A stretch of DNA of 64,000 bases from positions 43,648,001-43,712,000 of the forward strand of contig OY740803.1 of NCBI GenBank assembly GCA_963514005.1, written 5' to 3'. The position numbers and the translations under genes were made by a program. The notes under the pieces are model-generated. The model had not been told where the DNA came from. It worked only from the letters and a program-made list of their open reading frames with translations, and did not search any database. This document shows, one piece after another, positions 38,084-48,543 of the stretch (position 1 is its first letter; every line of letters begins with the position of its first letter). This stretch comes from Raja brachyura (taxonomy: Eukaryota).

Positions 38084-38240
38084 ACTTGCCCACGCTCATG
38101 CCCACTTGCCCACGCTCATGCCCACTTGCCCACGCTCATGCCCACTTGCCCACGCTCATGCCCACTTGCTCATGCCCACTTGCCCACGCGCATGCCCACT
38201 TGCCCACGCTCATGCCCACTTGCCCACGCGCATGCCCACT
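38084..38240 (+). repeat. 20-bp minisatellite (acttgcccacgctcatgccc)n, about 8 copies
   Basis: Direct tandem array inside a CR1/SINE 3'-tail fragment. Confidence 0.95.
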
Positions 38241-38459
38241 TCTATTGCACTGAGGTATACCACATGTACTCAAAGTACTTGATACAAAAGTATAAATGAC
38301 TGTTCATTCTTACATGCCATGGTATGGCGCTCACAGCCGTTATGATTATGGCATTTTGGGCTACCAGCTACTTCGATGGTTTTGACAGCCGTTATCTGTA
38401 ATGCAATGTAGGACGATGTATGAGAGTTTGACAAGTGCTAAAATAGTTTTGTAATTCAT

Positions 38460-38760
38460 TGATTGAAAGATCCAGCATGGAAATAGACCCATTGGCTCTA
38501 CGAGTCCACCCCGACCATCGATAACCCGTTCACATACGTTCTATGTCATTCATCTTTTGCACCCACTCCTTACAAACGAGGGGAAATTTTCAGCAGCCAA
38601 ATCACCTACAAACCCGCACGTCTTTGGGATGTGGGAGGAAGCCAGAGCACCTGCAGGAAACCCACACAGTCACAGAGAGAACATACAAATTCCACACGGA
38701 CTGCACCCTCTGGTCTCTTGTGCTGTGAGGCAGCAGGTCTACCAGCTGAACCATTAAGCA
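38460..38760 (-). mobile_element. V-SINE (HE1-like)
   Basis: Reverse-complement core tgtgggaggaa and head aggcagc...ctacc. Confidence 0.75.
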
Positions 38761-40239
38761 GCCCTTGTTAGTTGGAATTCATTAATTTAATTTTTTTGTT
38801 TAATTCAATGGGCTAATAACAATGATAATACTTTAATCTGAACTTGGACACTGAAATTGTGAATAACTTGAGCTAATAAGTGCTTCAATATGTTCTTCAT
38901 TGGCTTTAAATGCAGCAATACCATGTTGTTGTGTTAAATGCTACACAAATATCATATATAATGGATTCATACACCTCATTATCTGCTATTTATCCATTAA
39001 GGGCATTAAGTGTCATTAAGGGCACTTAGCAATATCATGTTGTTGTGTTAAATGCTACACAAATTGCCACGGCCGTTTACTTATGCAGGAAAGCTCACCA
39101 AACCCTAATAGAGGATTCCTTTTGTAAATTTGACTCCCACTTTCATCTGAAATGACCCGCAAGCTTCTTGGATCAGAGAACAATTGGAACTGGATGTTAA
39201 TTGCGTGTCTTTCTTGCAACATTAGTGTCCAGCTAGCATGAACAAATAAATATGCCTGAAAAATCTGAACGATTCCCGCTGATGCTCGCCCATCTAATTT
39301 GCTGTTGGCGAGCAAGGGCTGCTTAAAATGGATCTTTAATGATGCTTACAATCTAAAATTGATGAGAAAATATAACTGGATCAATTATGACCAAATGCCA
39401 CTTGTATCCTACAACTTTCAAAAGCTTTGCATTGGAAGAAGCCCATTAATGTTCTGATAATGTTAGCAGCATGATTGCATGACTGAGGTCCCTAAAGACA
39501 TTAGAAATATGAGAGCACTTTGATGCTGAAGGACTGGATTCATGACAACCTCCTTGAAAAGTTGTCGGGCATTGCTAAAAATATTTGCTGCCGTTTCACC
39601 ATTAAACCATTTTTGCAACTAATTGCTATCAAAAGCTATACATAGAGTGCTATGTGACATAGAAGGTATGCAAACAGCAGCTATAACTGTTCAGCACTTG
39701 GATCGATCAGTGAAAAGTAGACTGGAGGGAAATAGAAAATGTGAAGTTCCATGTAAACATTCTTGCAATCAATATTTAGAACAAAATACATTATCCTCTT
39801 ATGCTGCTGCAAGTAAGAATTTCATTGTTCCATTGTCAAAACATATGACAATTAAACACTCTCGACTCTCTTCCTTGAAGTGGCAATGCTGATGCAAGTC
39901 AGAAATTTGACCTTTTTCCTTCTCAACATTCCTTCCCCTTTATTTGCCACTGAATGTGCTTTCCCTTTCCCACTAATTGTGAGAATGTTTGCCACTTTAT
40001 TTCATTCAAATCTAGTGTCTTGTCGCATTGTACCTTGATTCATGCAGTTGCTCGCCTCTATTACCAAAGCTCAGCTTGTCAATGTAGTAAAATGCATTAC
40101 TTAAGAAGCGTTCAGATCTTAACGCCGCTAAATCAGTTGGAATTTATAAAGTTTTAGTTCATGATGGTGTCCTCTCATAACAAAATAGTTATTACAGTTC
40201 TATACTCCATCACCTATTCTCCACAAACAGTAAAAGGTG

Positions 40240-40685
40240 AGCTTTAATTCCCCTTCCCATTCCCGCACTGATAGTTCTGTCCTAGGCCTCCTCCATTGTC
40301 AGAGTGAGGCTAAATGCAAATTGGAGTATCAGCATCTCATGTTTCGCTTAGGCAGCTTACAACCCAGTGGTGTGATTTTGATTCCTCTAACTTCAAGTAA
40401 CCCCTGCATTCCCTCTTTCTCCATCCCCCCCCCCCCACCCAAGTCGCACCAGGTTCTCATTCTCATTTAGCAAACGGCCACCAATAGCCTGTTTCCTTTA
40501 TCATCGTCACTTTTTTGCATATCTTTCATTCATTTGTTCTGTATTTCTCTATATCACTGTCTATATCTCTCGTTTCCCTTTCCCCTGACTACTCAGAAGG
40601 GGCTTGACCTGAAACGTCACCCATTCCTTCTCTCCGGAGATGTTGCCTGTGCCACTGAGTTACTCCAGCATTTTGTGTCTATCTA
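40240..40685 (+). mobile_element. PLE 3' end (GIY-YIG C-terminus, pyrimidine-rich repeat, hammerhead remnant)
   Basis: FNSPSHS...VLGLLHCQSEAKCKLEYQHLMFRLGSLQPSG; gacctgaaacgtcacccattcc; ends ~90 bp upstream of the RPTOR exon. Confidence 0.85.
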
Positions 40686-40776
40686 AGGGTAGCGAGAAAT
40701 GGGTTGTAGGCATTCCTCATTTTCACATGCTGAGGTTTGCATTGCTTAGTAATAAATATTATTTTCCTTTTATCAG

Positions 40777-40935
40777 GCCAGATATAAACAGAGCTTGGAT
40801 CCAACGGTGGATGAAGTTAAAAAGCTCTGCACCTCCCTCAGACGTAATGCAAAGGAAGAAAGAGTGCTCTACCATTATAACGGACACGGAGTGCCAAGAC
40901 CCACTGTAAATGGTGAAATCTGGGTATTCAATAAG
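40777..40935 (+). CDS. RPTOR: RPTOR (Raptor) internal coding exon, equivalent to human exon 4; RNC/caspase-like domain
   Basis: Acceptor ttttccttttatcAG, then 159 bp translating [53 protein letters not shown], then donor GTaatc; phase 0/0; near-identical to vertebrate Raptor as recalled. Confidence 0.97.
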
Positions 40936-41589
40936 GTAATCAATGTCTATGTTCTTCATACCTATTTAGAAAGCCGGTATTCGTAATTCTAAAGTCCTAA
41001 TATCCTAAACTAGTAAGAATGTATTTGACATGTAACCTAATCATTTTACATAAGTGTTATGAAATTTAAAAAAAAACAGTTTTGATGTTAAACATGTTAT
41101 GGCAATATAGTTATTTATTTTTATTCCTTCAACTTTTGTAAATATTGAAATTTATTGTGTTCAAGTTTAAATTATTCTACATAATTTTAGGGTTCTTTTT
41201 GAAGTAATTAGTGTAGCATGATAAAGCATGGAATTCACAGGTTTTTGTGTATCTACTGTTTGAAGTAAACTGTGAAAGTGTGTATGCTTGCATAAAATGG
41301 GCATGTTGTATAAAACACTACAGTTGAATAATATAAACTAGATTTGGCATATTATTTTGTGGAAGGCCAGTTTGAGTGACTACTATGTAAACTATGTCTT
41401 GTATACAAATTTTAGGAAATTATCTACCTGACCATTTTAAACATAGCATGTAATTTGGAATTAGATTTAGGATTAAACAGAGAGATGAGCTTTCATCATG
41501 TATGTATGATGCATTGGACCCTAAGCCAAGTCCTTTACTAACTTTGAAATAAGGTTTCTTATCGCATTACGTTTTCACAAGCCAGGATG

Positions 41590-42225
41590 GGACTAAACGC
41601 AGAGTGCTGGAGGAACAGCATCTGCAAAGGGAATGGACAGATGGCATTTTGGGTTGAGACCCTTCTTGAGGCTGGAGATGGCAAGTAAAGAGGTGGAGGT
41701 GGGGCAAAGCCTGGCAAATGATAGATGGTTACAGGTGAGGGGGTGGTTGGCACATGGGGTAGAGTAAGTGATAAAGGCCAGAGGTGGAGAGGAGACAAAA
41801 GGGTGTCAAATAAGGAAATAAAAGAAGTGAAATGTAATGCCGGAGGGAGGGACTTGAGTGGAAGAAGACGGGAGAGGAAACGGAGAGGATAAAAGGAAGA
41901 ATGGTACTCGAGGTAGGGGGAGGAGTGTACGGGAGGGAGGGGGGGTTAAGGAGCAGGGTGACTGGGGTAGTGGGAGATGTGGCGGAGGTGGGTGCACATT
42001 GGGGTTGGGGGTGAGTCAAGGGAAAGAGAGGGGCATATTATTAGAATTAGGGGAATTCAATTTTTATATTTTTGGGTTGCCAACTCCTTCTGCTGCTGCT
42101 CCTTCCAATTGTGTGTGGCCTCACCCTGGCAGTGGAGGAGGCGACAGACAAAATGGTCAGGATCGGAATGGGAAGGGGAGTTAAAACCGTTAGCAACTGG
42201 GAGCTCCAGCAGGCCGTGGTTAATT
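41590..42225 (-). mobile_element. PLE 3' end, reverse orientation
   Basis: LELPVANGFNSPSHS...LLHCQGEAT frame on the minus strand plus a hammerhead-type repeat at ~41600-41670. Confidence 0.8.
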
Positions 42226-42714
42226 GAGCAAATCTGCAACGATGAGACTAGTTTGGGTGATTTTAAGGTGGTTTCATTTGTAGGTTTTGGCAGAACCCCC
42301 TCACAATTATTAGGTGACTTGATGTACTGTCATGTTTAAACAAGAAATAAATAAACAAGAATTTGTAAGAATCTTTAGAAATCTTTCTTATTAGAAGCCT
42401 TGTAGTTGTCTTTGCTAGGTTTTGTTTCTGGTGTCAGCCCATTATATTCGTATAGACGGGCAAAAAGAATAAGTGGCATCTTAACAGCAAACAATTCAGT
42501 CTGGAAGAAAGACCTGCAAAACTAATAGCCATAACATTCATGATACTATTGATTGAAACCCTGTCAAAGTTATTGGAGACATTTTAAATGACCGTACTCC
42601 GTACAGGTGAAACTGCATTACAGGGAAGAATGGGATGGGTTGCATTCCCAAAACATTCTTGTTTCCCAAAACAGTTTGTGTTGTGATTTTCTGCAAGGCA
42701 TGGACACATCCTTG

Positions 42715-43050
42715 TATAGAGTGGATGTGGAGAGGACGTTTCCACTCGTGGGAGAGTCTAGGACTAGTGGTTATACTCTCAGAATTGAAGGATGTTTCTT
42801 TAGGAAGGACATGAGGAGGTATTTCTTTAGTCAGAGGGTGGTGAATTTGAGGAATTCATTGCCACAGACGACTGTGAAGGCTGTCAATGGTAAAAATTTA
42901 AGGCAAAGATTGATTCTTGATTAGTACAGGTTATGGGGAGAAGGCAGGAGAATGGGGTTAGGAGGGAGAGATAGATCAGCTTTAATTGAATGGCGGAGTA
43001 GACTCAATGGGCCGAATGGCCTAATTCTTCTCCTATCACTTATAACCTTA
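42715..43050 (+). mobile_element. CR1 3' fragment
   Basis: RVDVERTFPLVGESRT...FFSQRVVNL; 3' UTR gggccgaatggcctaattct. Confidence 0.85.
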
Positions 43051-44679
43051 TGATTCTTTGCATTTGCGTCAACAAATGCAAGCAAAAAAATAAATTAATA
43101 ATTGGCACACTCATTCCATGAGAGTGAATTTTTATTCTGAATCTCAGATTTTTTAAATAGTGATTTGTGAATTCTCTGCAGTCAAATTTCTGTTAATCAA
43201 ACTTTGTAATGTTGGGGGAGCCTGTATTCAATTTGAATTTAGTTTCCGTACTTTAATTCATTTTCAAACAGCACCAACACTATGGTTATGTTGAACCTAA
43301 AATGTACGAAGTTCAGTTTTAAATGATCACATCCATTTTTAACTACACTTGCTCCAAAATAAGGTTTGTTAAATAACCTGAAATACAGCTTTTGGCTTCT
43401 AGCTTAAAATATAACTGGATTTATTGATTTTCTGTGCTCTCTTTAGCCGCTGTATTTTTGGACTGTACTTATCCCAAAATCATCCCATTAGACTCCCTTT
43501 CTTGTGTTCAATCTATTCAGATGATACAAGAGAAGCTTAATGGATAAATTGTGAAGTGATTGAAGTATGTTTATGAAATGTAAAAGCTGTGCTGCTTCTA
43601 AAGAGGGATGATGGTAACGATTGTTAAAATGAAGCCATTTGTATAGTTTGTATTTGAGATGAATATAATGCAAAGATAGACTAGGTTGCAGATTTGATAT
43701 GTATTTTGTAGCGCATGTTACAAACTAGAATAATAGATTATAACATTAGTTTCTGCAGATATGGAAGACCAGGGGAGATGTTTAGTCAACCAAAATTGAC
43801 CTGTTTGATGAGACAGGAGAGACTGCAAATACTGGAATCTGGAGCACAAGGCAAGCTGTTGGAAGAACTCAGCAGATCAAGGAACATCTGAGGAGGCAAA
43901 GCGATGGTCTGTGTTTTGGGCCGAAGTCCTGTGTCAGGACTGGTGCAGGATCTCTACCCAAAACATTGATCATAATCTTTAGCTCCACAGATGCTGCTTG
44001 ACCTGCTAGGTCCCTCCAGGAGTTTGTTTTTTGATCTATTTGACCTTGGATACACCAAGTAATACCATCAGTAAATTGTTGATCCCATTAAACAAAACTT
44101 TAAGATAGCAATTTCAATCAAAACAATTGGCTGACATTTGGTGAAAGCTTTAAACAAAAAGCTTATCTGGCGAAGGATGACTGACAAAGTTGCTTTGGCC
44201 TTAGAATAAGATAAGGCAATTAAAATAGAGGCCTTTTGCATTTGGGCTTTTAAATGACATGGGATGCTTGATGGACGGAACTATTTTTGCACAGTAATGA
44301 AATGTGAAAGGTAGAATGTTGAAGTATAAAGCAGGGGGAAAAAAGAGAAATGCAAATAATTTTCAAGAGCCTACAAAATGTTCACTGAAATTCAGAAAAT
44401 GAAAAACGAGGCCAGATACAGACAACCGACCGTTGCTCTTCTGTGGAGATGAAATCCAGTGTTGATGAGTATACTCAGTCATTCAGGTTATATGGACCAT
44501 TTGGGTGACCAATTTCAAAGATTCACCAATCCTTTGGTGAATAAACATCCTCTTATTTCTCTCCTGAATGGCTACGAATGGCTATTGAATTTCAAAGATT
44601 CACCAATCCTTTGGTGAATAAACATCCTCTTATTTCTCTCCTGGTTTAAATCACGGCGACCAGGGGAAATATAAAAAAT

Positions 44680-44892
44680 AGACACAATACTGGGTTAACT
44701 CTGCGGGTCAGGCAGCATCTCCGGGAAAGATAATAGGTGACATTTTGGATTGGAACGAAGAGGTCCGAAGGGTACCAACCCAAAACATCACCTATTCCTT
44801 TCCTCCAGAGATGCTGCCTGACCCACTAAGTTATTCCAGCATTTTGTGTTTATTTTCAGTGTAAACCAGCTTCTGCAGTTCCTTCCTTCACA
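44680..44892. mobile_element. Fold-back PLE-repeat insertion
   Basis: gggtcaggcagcatctc...aataggtga is inverted against tcacctatt...gagatgctgcctgaccc; flanked by caggggaa repeats. Confidence 0.75.
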
Positions 44893-45120
44893 GGGGAAGT
44901 ATCAACTCTGCGTAACCTGTTAAGCTTCTCAAGAACTATATGATTCAATGAGATTCCTGCTCAGTCTTAATACCGCCTCATGTAAAGGTGGGCCTCATGT
45001 AACAAATTTGCCATCGCAGGAATCAATCGGATACATCTTTTCTACATTCTTTGTTTTGCAGGTATATCTTAGACAGATAAACAAAATGTGTGCACAGTTT
45101 TTCGGACCAGAGGACCTTTT

Positions 45121-45986
45121 GTAGCAATGTTACAAAATTTTGAGATTTAAAAATCAAGTCTGCAATTTATCCCATCAGATAAAGCATAAAAATAAGTTTA
45201 ATTTGACACCTAATTCACTTTCATATCTTCAGTATTAAAAAGGTTATGGCCATTTTCATACTCGGAAATTAACATCTTGTTCCCTATTGCTTTTCCATTG
45301 ACTCAAAACAAAAGCTGTGATCGAGGACAGTCAAAAGCCCATAACTTTCTTAAAAATTAAGAGAACTGAAAGACATTTTCGGTTATTATAGATTGAAGCA
45401 TTCTGAAACAAATATGAAACAATCTTACTTGGATGACCCTGAAATTAAAGCATATAATTAGTTAGTTACCTAATTGTAGCTAATTACAAAATTCAATTAC
45501 TAGATCTAAACATCTATCCATTTCTTTAAAAAAAAGATTAACATTTTTAAATAGCTGTCCAAATAACATTCACACAAGAATTCACAATATCACATGATTT
45601 TTAAATCTCATTGGCATGAATTTATAGGCCAAATGAAAGGAATTTAATGTTTAATTCCCATAAATTAAGCAAGTTTATATATAAAATAAATGCCTTACCT
45701 TATGTTTTGTCCCCTACGTGAGATCCGTCCCGCTATCAACGTTGACAGCATTAGAAGTCGCCTTTTTATTTTACTCCAGCGATAAAATTGTCCTGCGATA
45801 TTTTGTTTTAAACTTCCGAGAATGGAAGTCAGAACGATTTTTCAACATCAGCTAGCAGCCCAAGAAAATGTATCTCGGACAGGCAGGAGGAAATGCCCCC
45901 CCCCCCCCCCAAAGGCGCCAAAGTCGTGCACACGGCCAGTGGCAGAACTGCAGCGCCGCTAAAGCTAAGTATTGTAACATTCCGAC
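45121..45986. mobile_element. Putative non-autonomous DNA transposon, superfamily unclear
   Basis: Imperfect TIRs gtagcaatgttacaa / ttgtaacattccgac; AT-rich interior; interrupts an old minus-strand CR1 relic. Confidence 0.6.
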
Positions 45987-46023
45987 ATATTGGAGCAAGA
46001 ATCGTGAACTCAAGTCTTTTTTG

Positions 46024-46347
46024 CAATTAAAGCCAACATACCATTTGTCTCCCCATGACTTGTTTTATCTCTTAGATTCATGTACAAAGACATCTGAATT
46101 CCAACATTCTTCAATCTCTCAAATGTTAAAATGTATTCAGATTTTCTATCAAAGATAACTACACATTCGTTCACATTATAGTCCACTTGCCACAGTCTTG
46201 CCTTTCAATTGACCTAACTATATCCCCCAAAGACTCACTGTGGTCCCTTTGAAACTGCATTGCCTCCTAGGTTTGTAGTATTAGCAATCATGTTTGTATT
46301 GGCCTTGATCTCTTGATCTTGTCGTGGGCAACCACAAGTGAGAATGA
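46024..46347 (+). repeat. Direct duplicate A, upstream of RPTOR exon 5 (degraded CR1 piece)
   Basis: Matches 48223-48543 (caattaaagccaac...gggcaaccacaa.tgagaatga). Confidence 0.9.
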
Positions 46348-46687
46348 AATGGTGAAACATTTTCAAAACGTTGCCTTTATTATGATTTCCACCTATAGCT
46401 TAATTAATACAATCATTTTAGGCTTTAAAAATACTTTATCCATTTAGTCTTAAAAGTTCCAATCTGAATTGTATAATGAAGGCTTTTTTATATGTTTATT
46501 TCTCTTCATCAAAGAACAATGTGGGGAGGTTTGCACTTTGAACAGATCTTTTGATAAGTGTTAGTGTAGCTGTAACGTAAATGTGGTTTTGTGGAACTTT
46601 CAATTAACTGAATCATTTGCTATAAAGCTTTAATAGATAAGGACAAGTTTCCATACAACAACTAATTTTATTTTCCTTTTGTAACAG

Positions 46688-46834
46688 AACTATACGCAAT
46701 ATATTCCCCTCTCCATTTACGACCTTCAAACTTGGATGGGCAGTCCCTCTATATTTGTGTATGACTGCTCAAATGCTGGGATCATAGTGAAGTCGTTTAA
46801 ACAGTTTGCTCTACAGAGAGAACAGGAGTTGGAG
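46688..46834 (+). CDS. RPTOR: RPTOR (Raptor) internal coding exon, equivalent to human exon 5
   Basis: Acceptor ttttccttttgtaacAG, then 147 bp translating [49 protein letters not shown], then donor GTatgt; in frame with the previous exon. Confidence 0.97.
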
Positions 46835-46919
46835 GTATGTTTGCTTTTTCCTTAATGTTTATGTAACTGAAAGAAAAAAAGTGTACTGCAAAGGTTATAC
46901 TTTGACTTAAAATAAGGGG

Positions 46920-47345
46920 CTAGTTAAACTTCCTGCGACTTTGGAGCTTCCTGATATCAGTCTCTACCCGAGACTGCGAGCTCCTCGACGTTGGAATCCA
47001 CAGGCCGTGGTTCGAGGATCGATCCCAGGCAAGGGATCGCAGGCTCCAATGGTAAGTCCACGGCCCTGTGGTGGGGCTCAAAGTCAGTCTCAGGCAAGGC
47101 CGCCAGCTCCATGATGTTAGGCTGCAGAGCGACCGGAGAAACGATCCGGAAAACAATCACATCTCCGGCAAGGTAAGAGATGGGAAAAAAAGTCACACCC
47201 GACCACCTCCCCCAGCCCCACATTAAAAAAAAACCAGAGAACATTAACACAAACTTTTTAAAACACACTAAAAATAACAAAAAAAGATGAAAAGACAGAA
47301 AGGCCGTCGGCGGGGCTGCCATCGCTGATGGCGCCACCCGGTGGA
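46920..47345 (-). mobile_element. Unclassified GC-rich interspersed repeat
   Basis: Sharp compositional shift; CpG-rich; terminus gggtggcgccatcagcgatggcagc on the minus strand. Confidence 0.5.
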
Positions 47346-48222
47346 ACATATTACTGAAACGACGCAATTCTTAACTGTTGAGTCGGTTGACTTACTGGAA
47401 AAACTCAGTGGGACAGGCAGCATCTCTGGAGCGAAGGATTCGACCTGAAATGTCACCCATTCCTTCGCTCCAGAGATGCTGCCTGACCCATCTGAGTTAC
47501 TCCAGCATTTTGTGTCTGCCTTTGATTTAAACCAGCATCTGCTGTTCTTTCCTATCCATTATTTTTAATCTTTAAATTCAAAATTTACTTAATCACATTG
47601 AAAGCAACACAGCAATCACCCTCTCTCCTGCCCCCACCATGCGCCTATTTAAAACAATCTGTATTTGTAAATCCCCATGAAACAATGAAATGGGCAAGGG
47701 GCACACAGTTTGAAGGACAGCCATCAGTTGTTTTCGCAGCTCGTAGAGAATATGTTTATGGCTATTATAAAATTAAATATGTTTAACTTCGTAGAATCAC
47801 AGAATTATATCAACATTTTTAAGGCAAACATTTTCACACCATTTATAAAATTTGCAAATGTGTATAATTGGAAAGGCAGAACAAACCATTGAATTGGTGT
47901 CAGTTCATTAATTTATGGTGTTTTTACCTGTTTTGTGTGAGCTTTGTGTGTCTTTTTATAAAGGTGCTGGGAGTGGAGAGGTGGGAGGGAGGTGAACTGT
48001 GTCCTTTCCCTACAGAGGCTTTGTGGTGTTCGATTCAAACACTCTGTGGTGTCTGATGCAGACATCAGCACGTGTTATGAACCTCAGCTTGTGCCAGAAT
48101 GCAGCATTTGGTTGTTCATAACACTCCATTGAGAGACCAGCAAATTTGAGGTAGATCAAAGTGTCACTCATCCACTTTCCCCACAGCATTTGATATTTAT
48201 CTCTGTTCCAGAGAGCGGAGCA

Positions 48223-48543
48223 CAATTAAAGCCAACTTACCCTTTTGTTTCCCCCTGACTTGTTTTATCTTTTAGATTCATGTACAAGGACAACTGAATT
48301 CCAACATTCTTCAATCTCTCAAATTTTAAAACATATTCTGATTTTCTACCCAAGTGGATAACTTCACATTCTTTCACATTATCGTCCACTTGCCACATTC
48401 TTGCCCTTTCAATTGACCCAACTATATCCCCTAAAGATTGACTGTGATCCCTCAGAAGCCTCATTGCCTCCTAGGTTTGTAGTATTAGCAAACATGTTTA
48501 TATTTCCCTTGATCTTGTCGTGGGCAACCACAATTGAGAATGA
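48223..48543 (+). repeat. Direct duplicate B, downstream of RPTOR exon 5
   Basis: Matches 46024-46347. Confidence 0.9.

Noticed and set aside
38084-38240. CRISPR-like or coding repeat (AHAHLPT ORFs)
   Set aside because: Head-to-tail minisatellite with no spacers, in eukaryotic intron
1-40776. RPTOR exon 3 or a nested host gene
   Set aside because: No matching peptide found by eye; ORFs here are TE-derived or unrecognisable; exon 6 is also not seen after 46834
40795-40986. ORF-track 63-aa ORF as a standalone gene
   Set aside because: It is the RPTOR exon read through its GT donor into intron
44512-44643. ~55-bp tandem duplication (a similar ~35-bp one lies at ~38914/39028)
   Set aside because: Ordinary small local duplications with no sign of function
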